From a virus (taxonomy: Duplodnaviria; Caudoviricetes), in IMG/VR virus record IMGVR_UViG_3300032431_000082, positions 1 to 62,178 of that record: a DNA stretch of 62,178 bases; one strand, given 5' to 3'. The notes under the pieces were generated by a model. The model was not told the DNA's origin. It saw only the letters and a list, made by a program, of their open reading frames with translations, and did no database searches. Each line of letters starts with the position of its first letter. The stretch's first letter is position 1. Positions 49,522 to 59,365 of this stretch are shown here, piece after piece. Position numbers and translations under genes: made by a program.

Positions 49522-50077
49522 TACCAACTTAAAAGATGCTTTAGTAGCTCTGAAACCCTTCCTATCAGAGGTGGTGAATAACTCCATAGCCATATCTAGT
49601 ATAGATAACCGCCTCTCCCTACTAATAGATGAGACACGTAAACTATCGCGCATCATATATGAAGGTAATGGGCAGCCCGCCATTATGACACGTATAACAT
49701 CCATTGAGGTCAGTGTACAACAGTTAAAGGATACTGTAGCAGATGTTAGAAGTAACAGCAAGGATATAGATACTACCCTCTACGAACACATACAGAGTGC
49801 TAATAAGGCATCCTTTGAGTTGGGTTTAGTGATAGACGATATACAACTCAATGAAAGTAATAGGAAGGACGCATTGAATGCTAAGGAGCTAGCCAACTAT
49901 GGATGGAAGCTCAATGTCATACAGGCTATCATCCTATTACTAATCACAAGTATTACAGGATTCATAGGCAGTGAGTTCTATAATTACTGGAACCATCAGA
50001 AGACTATATTTAAGAACCCACCCTCTACAGATAGGCCATTAATGCCCCCTACTGGGGGGGGTGCTCCTTCTAAATAA
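49514..50077 (+). CDS. Coiled-coil protein with a C-terminal transmembrane helix (possibly holin/XhlA-like)
   Basis: Coiled coil with GNGQPAIMTRITSIE, and hydrophobic VIQAIILLLITSITGFIG. Overlaps the upstream regulator. Confidence 0.55.
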   Translation: MDNTNLKDALVALKPFLSEVVNNSIAISSIDNRLSLLIDETRKLSRIIYEGNGQPAIMTRITSIEVSVQQLKDTVADVRSNSKDIDTTLYEHIQSANKASFELGLVIDDIQLNESNRKDALNAKELANYGWKLNVIQAIILLLITSITGFIGSEFYNYWNHQKTIFKNPPSTDRPLMPPTGGGAPSK

Positions 50078-50084
50078 TACCTCC

Positions 50085-50128
50085 CCAAGGGTCGCTCACC
50101 CTCTTTGGCAGTCGTGGCCTACGGCACT
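50085..50128. repeat. Hairpin plus family A micro-element between convergent genes
   Basis: CCAAGGGTCGCTCACCCTCTTTGG followed by GTCGTGGCCTACGGCACT (50111-50128). Confidence 0.6.
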
Positions 50129-50132
50129 TACG

Positions 50133-51344
50133 TCATTGGATATATGGGAGGTACTTCTTATCACAGTAACAGGCCTGTATGAATGAGTGCCTGTCACCTA
50201 CTATACGTAAGTTGTTGGGTGTAGTAGCGCGACTGATGGCCATGAATGCCATGCCATGACACCTGCCCATGAAGCGTAGATTACCATCGGCATTAGGGTC
50301 ATCTAATACCACCTGTAAGTGGTCTATGGATAGGCTTTGTGCCTTGTGCGTGGTGAGGGCGTACGCGAGGATGATGGGCATGAAGGTAATACGACCCCTC
50401 TTAGTGGATGTCTTGTGACTAATGGCAGTCATAGCCACATCCACTCGCCCCCCTCTCAATAAGTCTACAGTCACTACATTACTACCCATACTGACGACAT
50501 AACCTTGATCACCATTGGCATAGCCCATATCCCACTGGTTACTACGTAAGATGACTAATGCCCCTACCTTCAACTCTAATGGGTCTGGTATATTCTTCCA
50601 CTCAGGTAATGGGTCACCCTCCTTTATAGGGTAGTAATACATAGACTCCCCCTGTAACTGACTGAGGGAGTACTCATTATGTACTTGCGCCCCATAGTTC
50701 AAAGAGTATAGGGTAGTGCCCTCAAAGGACATATCAATATCACTATGGAAGCCTAGGTCATTGAAGTAGTGCACAGCGGTGCGTGCATCCCCCACACGTA
50801 AGTGGCGTAAGGCATTAATGAACTCCTTATCAGTGGTGCGGTGTACATGAGTTAGGCTATAGGTATGTACATACTTCCATAAAGGGCTCTCAAAGGCAGG
50901 CTCTTCCTTCACTGGTGGTAGTTGTCCAAAGTCACCTATCAATAGGAAGTTCACACATGCGCCAGTACTCTCATACAGACGCTCATTATTTAACATCATG
51001 ATCTGTAGCTGTGCAGCAGATAACATACTCGTCTCATCTACCCCTATAGTCTTCCCCACATGTGTACGCAGGGCTTCATATATGCGACCACTGTCATGCT
51101 TCTTACGCATGTCTGCACTATCGAAGTACCCTAGTAAGGAGTTGATGGTAGTGCCCCCTATATTGATGGCAGAGATACCAGTAGTGGATGTCTTAATTAA
51201 TGGATACCCCATATCATGTAATGTCTTCACTACAAAAGACTTACCACACCCAGGGCCCCCTTCTAAATGATTGTACCTATGCTCCCCTTGTTTGATAGCT
51301 GTAATAGCCAGTTGCTGGTCTGGGGATGGGGTCGGATTAAACAT
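50133..51344 (-). CDS. PIF1/RecD-like SF1B helicase
   Basis: GGPGCGKS, TTGISA..IGG.TI.S, DE.SM, GDFGQLPPV, NGDQG, LAYALT.HKAQ and A.SRA. Confidence 0.9.
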   Translation of the reverse strand: MFNPTPSPDQQLAITAIKQGEHRYNHLEGGPGCGKSFVVKTLHDMGYPLIKTSTTGISAINIGGTTINSLLGYFDSADMRKKHDSGRIYEALRTHVGKTIGVDETSMLSAAQLQIMMLNNERLYESTGACVNFLLIGDFGQLPPVKEEPAFESPLWKYVHTYSLTHVHRTTDKEFINALRHLRVGDARTAVHYFNDLGFHSDIDMSFEGTTLYSLNYGAQVHNEYSLSQLQGESMYYYPIKEGDPLPEWKNIPDPLELKVGALVILRSNQWDMGYANGDQGYVVSMGSNVVTVDLLRGGRVDVAMTAISHKTSTKRGRITFMPIILAYALTTHKAQSLSIDHLQVVLDDPNADGNLRFMGRCHGMAFMAISRATTPNNLRIVGDRHSFIQACYCDKKYLPYIQ

Positions 51345-51574
51345 GTCTCTGTAATCTCCTTGAATAGTTGTTGGCTGACGGTAATAGTCCGCCTTAAGGT
51401 AGATATATGTCTGGTGGTAGTATTACTATACCCTACGCACTCATTGGATAGGAATGTCACACCCTGTACAGTTATAGCTATTAGTGATCTATAACTGAAG
51501 ATTAGGATGACCCCATTCCCTAAGTCCACCTTATTGAAGTTAGCAGATGGTGAGTCTAGTGAGGGTACGCTCAT
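51263..51574 (-). CDS. Small conserved-looking phage protein
   Basis: FSY...IA...YS.TT.RH pattern seen in small phage proteins. Its 3' end overlaps the helicase start. Confidence 0.5.
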   Translation of the reverse strand: MSVPSLDSPSANFNKVDLGNGVILIFSYRSLIAITVQGVTFLSNECVGYSNTTTRHISTLRRTITVSQQLFKEITETCLIRPHPQTSNWLLQLSNKGSIGTII

Positions 51575-51628
51575 ACTGGATGGCCAGGAATTACCGGGTT
51601 AAATGTATCTGTGTGTCTTGTAGTCACG

Positions 51629-53263
51629 TTAAGTTCTATCGATGAATTCATCCCGTGAGAATGTTGGCATGGGCGGTAGCTTACAACCCCATGAAGGCCA
51701 CTGGTAACTAATCTCACATGCCCATGCTTGCGCCAGTAATCGGTATGCCATGTGCCCACCTGGTTTAGATCTGAGGTCAGCTACGTACCCCATGAAGGTA
51801 TAGGGCGTGCCATAGAATATGTAAGGTGTGACATGACCATGTGGAAGTAGGTTCTTAATGGTTCTACTCTCTAACGTATCACGCTCACGGTACTCTTTAG
51901 AGGACTGGTATACCACAGATGATAGTCTCAAATATTGCATCCACTGTCTTATCTTTTCATACCCCACAGACATATACGCTAACATCTCCTGCCCTATAGG
52001 TGTACCTATTAAGTATGGGTGTATTGTATATGACTCACCCTGTAAGTCTTGACTGATATTCATCTCACTATGTAGTAATGGTATGAACGAGGGTAGTGTT
52101 CTATGTCTCTGTAGGTCTTTAATAGTACCTATATCTGCTACACCATGAACCACTACATTACTACCAGATCCCAGGGGACCTATCTCATTCTTCCAGTTAT
52201 AGGCAGCCAGTAGTCCCTGTAACTCATCTCCACAGCGTAGGGGGCCAGCTTTACGGGATGGGTGCTTTAGTAAGTGTAGGTGTATTAGTAATGGGTCGGC
52301 CCCATTAAAGTAATTAACCCCACCAGGTGTGGTGACATAGAAGTTCTCAATTATAGGTAATGTCACATCCCAGGGCTCTATAGAGTATGGTCTGCACCCG
52401 TAGACAGCGTTAACCATACCCAGTACATCAGCGGACTCCCCACTCCCCAAGCGTATTAAGATATCGCCCTCTGGTACATACCCATCCCAACCACGTTTCA
52501 TCAAAGTGGTGAGGGCATTAGATAGGTCAGCCTGCATATTATTAGATAAGGTACTTATCCACTTACTCCACTCCCTCCCACTCTGTATAGCGCCGACAGA
52601 CGTACTCACGCCCATTGGTATGAGGTACCTTACGCAATCTAAGGTACGCGGTACCAGCGCGGTATGTTTACTATCAACCTCAAACCTATTAGCTAAGTAG
52701 TCTTTCACTAAAGGGTAGAAGTACTCGTACCCATCTAACCAGTAATCTAATATCTCGTAGTAGCAAGCACTGTCGGTAGTGCTAGTGCCTACTGCTGTAG
52801 GACACAGTCCAAGACTAGTATCACTCATAGGGTAGGGGGCATATTGCCGCCCCCCTTTAATGTAGTTTTGGTACCGTGTACTCCTCTCTTGTCCATCTTG
52901 TAGGTGATGATTGTAGAAGAACTGCATGGCGGTAATACAATCTATACCCTCCATAGCCACTGATAGGTGGCCTAACCCTCTCACAGAGTCATGATTATAG
53001 TCACTGATAACTCTATCCAGTACCTCCTCAGCGGATATACTTTTATCCTTACGGTACGCTAGGAGTTCAGGTATAGATCTACTACTCCTACTATATGCGG
53101 CTAAGGTAGAGGCATTGACGGCAGGGGTGCGTGTCCCTGGGTTACATAGCAATGAGTATACAATCTGTCCCTCAGTGGTAGTGACGGATGCTATACCCAG
53201 CTCAGGGTCGTAATGGTTATGGTTCACTGTGCGGTACCTGTAGTAAATAGCAAAGGGCTGCAT
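51629..53263 (-). CDS. thyX: Flavin-dependent thymidylate synthase, tandem-domain type
   Basis: YSRS, HDSV...H, QERSTRY, D..RYLIP; second half has KDLQRHR, LR..PGGH..YR..A. Confidence 0.85.
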   Translation of the reverse strand: MQPFAIYYRYRTVNHNHYDPELGIASVTTTEGQIVYSLLCNPGTRTPAVNASTLAAYSRSSRSIPELLAYRKDKSISAEEVLDRVISDYNHDSVRGLGHLSVAMEGIDCITAMQFFYNHHLQDGQERSTRYQNYIKGGRQYAPYPMSDTSLGLCPTAVGTSTTDSACYYEILDYWLDGYEYFYPLVKDYLANRFEVDSKHTALVPRTLDCVRYLIPMGVSTSVGAIQSGREWSKWISTLSNNMQADLSNALTTLMKRGWDGYVPEGDILIRLGSGESADVLGMVNAVYGCRPYSIEPWDVTLPIIENFYVTTPGGVNYFNGADPLLIHLHLLKHPSRKAGPLRCGDELQGLLAAYNWKNEIGPLGSGSNVVVHGVADIGTIKDLQRHRTLPSFIPLLHSEMNISQDLQGESYTIHPYLIGTPIGQEMLAYMSVGYEKIRQWMQYLRLSSVVYQSSKEYRERDTLESRTIKNLLPHGHVTPYIFYGTPYTFMGYVADLRSKPGGHMAYRLLAQAWACEISYQWPSWGCKLPPMPTFSRDEFIDRT

Positions 53264-53576
53264 CTAAATGGTCAGGATGTACTTGCACCATAGGCCCTAT
53301 ATCCTGTGAGGATGGTGGTCCTTGTGTGATGCGTATAACTGCATAACCTCGGAGGTCGAAACGATTGAGCAGTAATGAGTTATCACTGTACTGCACACGC
53401 ATAATAGTGTGAGGGTATTCGTCCTCATCTGTTAGCATCATGCAATCATAACTACCGCCCCTACTAAGGAACTCTGGTATGAGGTATGTGAGGTCTAACA
53501 TAGACCCCCACACGGCTGCAGTAGGGTCTAAGCCTACACTCTTTAAGTGCCTATTGATATTTAATTGTGTGATCAT
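53217..53576 (-). CDS. Hypothetical protein
   Basis: 119-aa ORF with GGAGAGG upstream. Confidence 0.55.
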   Translation of the reverse strand: MITQLNINRHLKSVGLDPTAAVWGSMLDLTYLIPEFLSRGGSYDCMMLTDEDEYPHTIMRVQYSDNSLLLNRFDLRGYAVIRITQGPPSSQDIGPMVQVHPDHLDAALCYLLQVPHSEP

Positions 53577-53584
53577 GCCTCTCC

Positions 53585-54121
53585 TTATAGCCAGCTAAGT
53601 ACATTATCTATCTTCTTGTAGTAGTCTTGAATAGTACTTCTATTATTTATGTAGTAGGTTGCACTATTCTCCAAGTACTCATGATGTGTCTCACTCTCAT
53701 GCGCCATATCGCGACCATCGCTAGGTAAGGGTTGGTTACTATTAATGTAAATACCAACCCCTCCCATAGCTTTGATAGTGTCTATCTCACATGGTCTGCG
53801 TACGTCTGAGATAACGTAAGGTTGCTCAGGGTCTAAGTCACTCAAGACACTATTGACCCATACAGCATCATGTATCTCTGTGCACGTTCTACCCATGGTC
53901 TGAAGTACCTTCTTGATGGTCTTCCCACTTAACTCTGATAGTGGTTGGGACTCGTAGTACCGATTATTCATCAACTCCTTATCTAACATATACAGGGTGT
54001 AGACTAGTTCACGTATAGGGTGCGCCATACTCAACTTAATGTACCCGTAAGTATGTACTAAGTAATCAGCCGCTGTATCCTTCCCTGCATTAGGTAATCC
54101 AGATAGTCCTATGATGTGCAT
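53585..54121 (-). CDS. Deoxynucleoside monophosphate kinase
   Basis: IIGLSG...AGKDTAA, LQ..G, W, ISDVR..E, GG..I and HESE, as in T4 gp1/T5 Dnk-like kinases. Confidence 0.88.
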   Translation of the reverse strand: MHIIGLSGLPNAGKDTAADYLVHTYGYIKLSMAHPIRELVYTLYMLDKELMNNRYYESQPLSELSGKTIKKVLQTMGRTCTEIHDAVWVNSVLSDLDPEQPYVISDVRRPCEIDTIKAMGGVGIYINSNQPLPSDGRDMAHESETHHEYLENSATYYINNRSTIQDYYKKIDNVLSWL

Positions 54122-54149
54122 GTTGTGTACTCTATGTTAATGGGCATCT

Positions 54150-54425
54150 CTAATCTACTGGTACTTTCTCTAATGAACATAAGTTCTCATTCTGTATAGT
54201 ACTGAATGCACCTATCTGATCACCCGATAGTTTACCTAGGGCGACGATATGCTTACCAGCTAGGAAGTCCACAAGGGGCTCGATGTACCAAGTAGTCTCG
54301 GGCTTAGTATCACCTGTGTCTTCTAATGGCCGGTACACTGCCATCTCCTCAATAGTATAGCAATCCCTACCTGTTGTAAGCAGTAAATACATATCTCCAT
54401 CATCCGTCCTGTATAGTTTCATCAT
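54150..54425 (-). CDS. DUF1653-like protein
   Basis: YR...G..Y......D..T.E..AVYR.L...W..P...F. Confidence 0.55.
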   Translation of the reverse strand: MMKLYRTDDGDMYLLLTTGRDCYTIEEMAVYRPLEDTGDTKPETTWYIEPLVDFLAGKHIVALGKLSGDQIGAFSTIQNENLCSLEKVPVD

Positions 54426-54440
54426 GTTTGTTCTGTCCTA

Positions 54441-55988
54441 TTAAGGTTGTAGCACTAACTCTACAGTCTTCTTCTGTGGTACATAGTTCTGTACACTATC
54501 TTTACCGTACGTCCTCACGCAAGCATCAATGAGGGTACGTGCCTGATTACTGAAGAGGGTGTGGCAATCATCATTGATAATGTATAGGGTAGGTTGTGCC
54601 TTATCCGCTACACGTAATAATCTACCTGCTTGCTGTATGAGGCCTGATTGTTCCGCCCCACCACGCCCCGCACCAGCGATGATGGTACCAGTCACCTGTA
54701 GCATATTCACACCCTCCTTGAGGATATTAGCACCCGCTACTACTAACTTAATAGAGCCATCCCCTAGACCAGATACTATCTCCTGTCTATCCTTCTTCTT
54801 AGAGGTGCCAGACAATGTCCTATACTCTAAGCCACGAGCCTTTAGTAGGGGCCCCAAGATAGTGGCATGCGATACCTTACCATCTACATCATTACCATGT
54901 TTATCCTTCTTCCCAGGGGTATCTTCTATACGCTGTACAATGATGATGAGGGGGCCTCTATCACTATCCACGTACTCCTTAGCCATATCTGCAATCAATT
55001 GATTCCTACTACTGTTATGTAAGATGCAGTGACTGTATAGGGCCTGGTATAGTACGGGGTTGAAACCATTACCCCTCATGGAGATGTACCACCTATGGAG
55101 GTGTGCCGGTATAGGTGTATCAAGGGGAGGAGTATATACCACCTCAATAGTAGGTGCGAGTATATACCCACTAGCTATGAGGTCTTGCTCTGCCACTACA
55201 TAAGCTAAGGGCCCTATTAATCCTTCGAGTAAGTTATCCATGACAGGTGTGGCGGATAACCCTATGCGGTACTGTGTCCCCCTCATAAGAGAGGATATGA
55301 CAGCACCCGTAGGGCATGAGAAAGTATGGCATTCATCCACTATCAATGTGGGTATAGTACCTAACCACGCCCTAACTAGGGCATCAGCCCTCTTATTATA
55401 TAAGGTATCGGGTATGGCTATAGTTATGAGGTGACCTATATCTAAGTGCCCATCTCCTACTAACCCCACATCATAGGCCTTCAACTGTTCCTGCATCTGA
55501 TACAGTAGTAACTTACTAGGTACTAGTATTAGTGCATGTCTGAGTGCTCTGCATAACTCTTCAATGATGAGTGACTTACCCCCACCTGTGGGTATAGATA
55601 TAACGCCCCTCTTCTTACGTAGAGAGGTCTTCACAGCTTTAGCTTGATAGTCTCTGAGGTGTGTGCCCATAACCCACGTGGGCTCTATAACGGCAGTCTC
55701 AGTCTTACGTGTAATAGTTACACGATCAGTGTATGGTTTATTGAGTACCTTAGTTAATAGACCAGTAGGAACAAGTACCCCTGTCTGGCATTGTGTATGT
55801 AAGTAGACTAGCTCACCTGTCGTAGTAGTGGGAAGGCCGGCCTTATCGTAGTCTGCGGTATCTGCATCAGTGAATGGTGCTAAGAATAAGGGGATATTAT
55901 TTACCCCGTCCACTAATGCTATATGCCCATCATATTGTACCTGTACCTTATTACCGTCATTAGTTATATCTGTCATGTCTCTACCCAT
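54441..55988 (-). CDS. SF2 DExH helicase (UvsW/Rad25-like)
   Basis: LRDYQ, PTGGGKS, LVP...L..Q, VDECH, GLSATP, EGV and Q..GRLLR. Confidence 0.9.
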   Translation of the reverse strand: MGRDMTDITNDGNKVQVQYDGHIALVDGVNNIPLFLAPFTDADTADYDKAGLPTTTTGELVYLHTQCQTGVLVPTGLLTKVLNKPYTDRVTITRKTETAVIEPTWVMGTHLRDYQAKAVKTSLRKKRGVISIPTGGGKSLIIEELCRALRHALILVPSKLLLYQMQEQLKAYDVGLVGDGHLDIGHLITIAIPDTLYNKRADALVRAWLGTIPTLIVDECHTFSCPTGAVISSLMRGTQYRIGLSATPVMDNLLEGLIGPLAYVVAEQDLIASGYILAPTIEVVYTPPLDTPIPAHLHRWYISMRGNGFNPVLYQALYSHCILHNSSRNQLIADMAKEYVDSDRGPLIIIVQRIEDTPGKKDKHGNDVDGKVSHATILGPLLKARGLEYRTLSGTSKKKDRQEIVSGLGDGSIKLVVAGANILKEGVNMLQVTGTIIAGAGRGGAEQSGLIQQAGRLLRVADKAQPTLYIINDDCHTLFSNQARTLIDACVRTYGKDSVQNYVPQKKTVELVLQP

Positions 55989-56018
55989 AAAGAAGGGGCG
56001 GTCATTATAGGCCGCCCC
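55988..56018 (-). terminator. Terminator hairpin with TATAAT loop
   Basis: Minus strand GGGGCGGCC-TATAAT-GACCGCCCC-TTCTTT. Confidence 0.65.
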
Positions 56019-56043
56019 ATGTACTCAATCAATCATCTAACGC

Positions 56044-57510
56044 TTAGTACAGGTCACCTTCATCTTCATCAGCCTCTACCAAGTACTCTTCTGCAGCAGG
56101 TGCTACGCGGTACGATACATCAGTGTATCCCTTACGGGGTGTGGGGATTACTTCAGGTGCTAGGTCAGATAGTAAGAACTTCTCAGGCTCTGCATCAAAC
56201 CCCGCCTCAAGTACTGACTTGTCCCACAGGCCCACCTTAACAGAGGTAGCGGGGTTGTACTTCACACGCTCTCTCAAATAGTCACTGTAGTAAGTTACAT
56301 TCAAAGAGCTACCATTACGAGCATCTGCCCATGTCTTATGTTGATAACCATCATAGATGGAAGTACCGAAGACATCGAAGGCCTCGAAGTGGGGTACACT
56401 ATAGAATGTACTTTCTTGTACCTTCTTCATACCTAGGGTCATTACAGTAGTCCATGCAGATAACCGCTTATAGAACTCCATGTCATTGATGGTACGTAAG
56501 ATAGTACCATCAGCTTCCGATAGTGTACGGCCAAGAGGTGCTTTCAACCCCTGGCAATTGAGTAAGGCAGTGAGTAAGTGTGTCACACCCGCGAGGCCCT
56601 CATTATAAGCACTCTTCATGGCGCTATTGCTCATGTTCAGACCTACGAACATTGCATCTAAAGGTGTACCATCCTCATCCATCAATTCATTCAGGGGGTA
56701 CAGGCGCAAGGTGCTATAGGACTTGAACACCTTCTTATCAACCCGTCGCTCGGTAGTAACCAAGTTCTGCATAGCCTCTTCCTTATTCATCATCTTAGGA
56801 ATGATAGGCTCTCCCTTAGCATCCGAGGCTAACTTAACGCTCACCCCAACATGGGTAAGGTACATGTACGCCATGCCACGATTATCGTAACTAGCTACTA
56901 CCTCCTTACCTTCCTTGTTCAGTACCATAGCAGTAGACTTACCATCACGGATAAGGTCCTCTAGTAGTACACCCTCTGATGTTACAGGCTTCCACTTAAG
57001 TGATGTCAGTTGCTTACTAGGGGCAGTATTACGGCTATCCTTATTCTCATTGAATTCGTACACATTAGCGAATAAGCCCGTCTCATTGGATGGCAATCGT
57101 CTAATGCACTCATTACCACGGCAGATGCCAATTACAGAACTAGCAGTGCCCTCCCCACTATTACCTTGACGTGATGGGCGTACTTCTACATTAATCATCA
57201 CCCCCACTAATGTGGTGGGAAAGACTTCTGTGGGGGTGCCATTCACTACGGAGTACATCTTCTCAGTCTCCTTATAGTTACCAGGCTTAGATAACGAGAT
57301 AGATGGGCCACGAGATACATCTACCTTATTGGCCACCAATGCAGTGCGTGTATCAGTAGGCATTCTCCACTTAGTGTAGGAGTTACCACCTGATGATTCA
57401 TAGAGGTCATCTGCTGTGGGGGCTGGTGTATCGCGCACCCCTTCAATGTTGGCCATAGCAGCCATCATATCATCTAAGGAGAATAAGCTAGTCAGGTTTG
57501 TATCAGACAT
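56044..57510 (-). CDS. Hypothetical replication protein, possibly ssDNA-binding
   Basis: 488 aa with an acidic C-terminal tail (EADEDEGDLY), in the replication module, with its own terminator. The function is inferred only. Confidence 0.5.
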   Translation of the reverse strand: MSDTNLTSLFSLDDMMAAMANIEGVRDTPAPTADDLYESSGGNSYTKWRMPTDTRTALVANKVDVSRGPSISLSKPGNYKETEKMYSVVNGTPTEVFPTTLVGVMINVEVRPSRQGNSGEGTASSVIGICRGNECIRRLPSNETGLFANVYEFNENKDSRNTAPSKQLTSLKWKPVTSEGVLLEDLIRDGKSTAMVLNKEGKEVVASYDNRGMAYMYLTHVGVSVKLASDAKGEPIIPKMMNKEEAMQNLVTTERRVDKKVFKSYSTLRLYPLNELMDEDGTPLDAMFVGLNMSNSAMKSAYNEGLAGVTHLLTALLNCQGLKAPLGRTLSEADGTILRTINDMEFYKRLSAWTTVMTLGMKKVQESTFYSVPHFEAFDVFGTSIYDGYQHKTWADARNGSSLNVTYYSDYLRERVKYNPATSVKVGLWDKSVLEAGFDAEPEKFLLSDLAPEVIPTPRKGYTDVSYRVAPAAEEYLVEADEDEGDLY

Positions 57511-57579
57511 TTGTTTATTGCTCTAAGCTATTGTTTACACATCGATAATGCCATGCTAACACATAATCTAAGTGATATG

Positions 57580-58248
57580 TCAGAGCATGGCATTGATAGT
57601 AGATAGGTGCCATAGTAATGCACTATCTAATATACGCATACCCCTATCAACCTCAACCCTCATGGATAGTAAGCTATATACTAGCTGAGGGTGATAAACC
57701 TTCAGGTACTTCATGAGCCCACTATCCACCATGTACGTCTTCCACAGGTCACTATTGGTGATACTGGAGGCATGTAATAACTTCAACCCTTGTGCAGACC
57801 CTACAGTCTTCTGGTACTCCCATAAGAAAGGGGTGGCATCGGAGGTAGGTATTAGGTCTATCACGTCAGGTATAGTAATGACTGCCCCTTTAACTACTGC
57901 GACTACCTTAAGCTTGAGTAGTAATCTCTCCAATGCGCCAGGGTAATCACTATACTTCTTAAGTAACCATGCACATAGCTCTCTATCCAATATACCGAGA
58001 CAACTACTGATGATATCCCTGCCGTAATCTATGTCCGGTGTATCATTGTCCTTATCCCCGCATACCCAGAGCTCACCCCAAGGGGGCAGTGAGGGTGGCT
58101 CTGAGGTCATGATGTATACTAGCTGCTCCCCAAAAGGAGAGGGCGGGTCTACCTCCTTAATAGAGTCTATAACCCGCCCCTTACTACCTGCCATCTTCAG
58201 GTGATATAGTACCCACTCCGGGTGTCTATTAGTGTATATGCAGTGCAT
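57580..58248 (-). CDS. Putative clamp-loader delta (HolA-like) subunit
   Basis: L...L.KL.......IT..DV..L lid motif. Adjacent to the DnaX-like gene. Confidence 0.45.
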   Translation of the reverse strand: MHCIYTNRHPEWVLYHLKMAGSKGRVIDSIKEVDPPSPFGEQLVYIMTSEPPSLPPWGELWVCGDKDNDTPDIDYGRDIISSCLGILDRELCAWLLKKYSDYPGALERLLLKLKVVAVVKGAVITIPDVIDLIPTSDATPFLWEYQKTVGSAQGLKLLHASSITNSDLWKTYMVDSGLMKYLKVYHPQLVYSLLSMRVEVDRGMRILDSALLWHLSTINAML

Positions 58249-59365
58249 ACCTATCCCTTAATAGTGACCATGCAGATCCTGCAACTACATTGGCCAATGC
58301 GCCAACGGTTATATTATCAGCGTGTATAGCGCTAGTAAGCCTATCACTATCGGGTGTGTAGCGATTCAATACATCCTTACCAACGAACGATAGGAGGAGG
58401 TACATAGTGTCTGTATCCTTACTACTAATAAGGCCACGCAATACCTTAGCCTGTATAGGTGCAGGGTTAGTGCACATAGCTTCTACAACATCACCCTTCA
58501 GTAAGGATATCAATGTATCACTATCACACGCCCAGCCATTGATTAAGGCCATGATGCCTTGTACATCCCCTTCATGTAACTTACGCCACATGAGGTTACG
58601 GCTAGTAATAGTAGCACCCCCTGCCAAGTTACCTTCAATCCACTCTGGTGTAGCGTCAGGGTTCAGTAGTAGTAGACTATCGAACTTCCTCCATGCGAGG
58701 CGTGCATTGCCATTGCAGTATGGGCTGATAGCGGATGCTACATCACGAGATACACCCCCATGCACTAAGGTATCAGTTACCTGTTCAGTAGTGAGGGGTG
58801 GTAATGTGAAGGTACTGCAGCGGGAGAGAAGGGCATTAGATAATGTAGTATCCATTCTCTCCGGCTTCATAGATATCATTACCCATACATTGAATGGATT
58901 ACTCCCTTCTAGTACCTCTAAGAACTTACTCAATTGTTGATTGGACATATTGGATACCTCATCCAATATGAAGAACCTGAGACGGGGGCTATTCTCTTTA
59001 GGTAATGGTTGCCCCCTACCTATATCAATTAAGTTAGCTATGGCATCAGCATCAGCCCCTGTGCACGTGTACTGGACTATGTTAGTGGTGTCCTTACCAG
59101 TACATGTATCACAAGTACCACAGTTAGCAGAGGAGCCCAATGGTCTATTAGGGCATAGTGTAGCCCTTGCACCGAGGAGTGCGAGGGTGGTCTTTCCACT
59201 ACCGGGACTCCCTTGTAGGAATAGGGGGGAGTGTTCTGCCCATAGGTTATTGGCTATGACTAGGGATAAGGTCTTGCACAGTATGTCATGACCTTGTACG
59301 GCATCAAGTGTGAGGGGCCGCTTCCTATTAGCTAAGGCCATCCCGTCTCTAATGGTTGCACTCAT
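58229..59365 (-). CDS. dnaX: DNA polymerase III gamma/tau-like clamp loader ATPase
   Basis: LA...RP....V.G, Walker A GSPGSGKTT, C...CGTCDTC zinc motif, Walker B ILDEV, SRC arginine finger and G.AR.A. Confidence 0.88.
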   Translation of the reverse strand: MSATIRDGMALANRKRPLTLDAVQGHDILCKTLSLVIANNLWAEHSPLFLQGSPGSGKTTLALLGARATLCPNRPLGSSANCGTCDTCTGKDTTNIVQYTCTGADADAIANLIDIGRGQPLPKENSPRLRFFILDEVSNMSNQQLSKFLEVLEGSNPFNVWVMISMKPERMDTTLSNALLSRCSTFTLPPLTTEQVTDTLVHGGVSRDVASAISPYCNGNARLAWRKFDSLLLLNPDATPEWIEGNLAGGATITSRNLMWRKLHEGDVQGIMALINGWACDSDTLISLLKGDVVEAMCTNPAPIQAKVLRGLISSKDTDTMYLLLSFVGKDVLNRYTPDSDRLTSAIHADNITVGALANVVAGSAWSLLRDRYALHIH

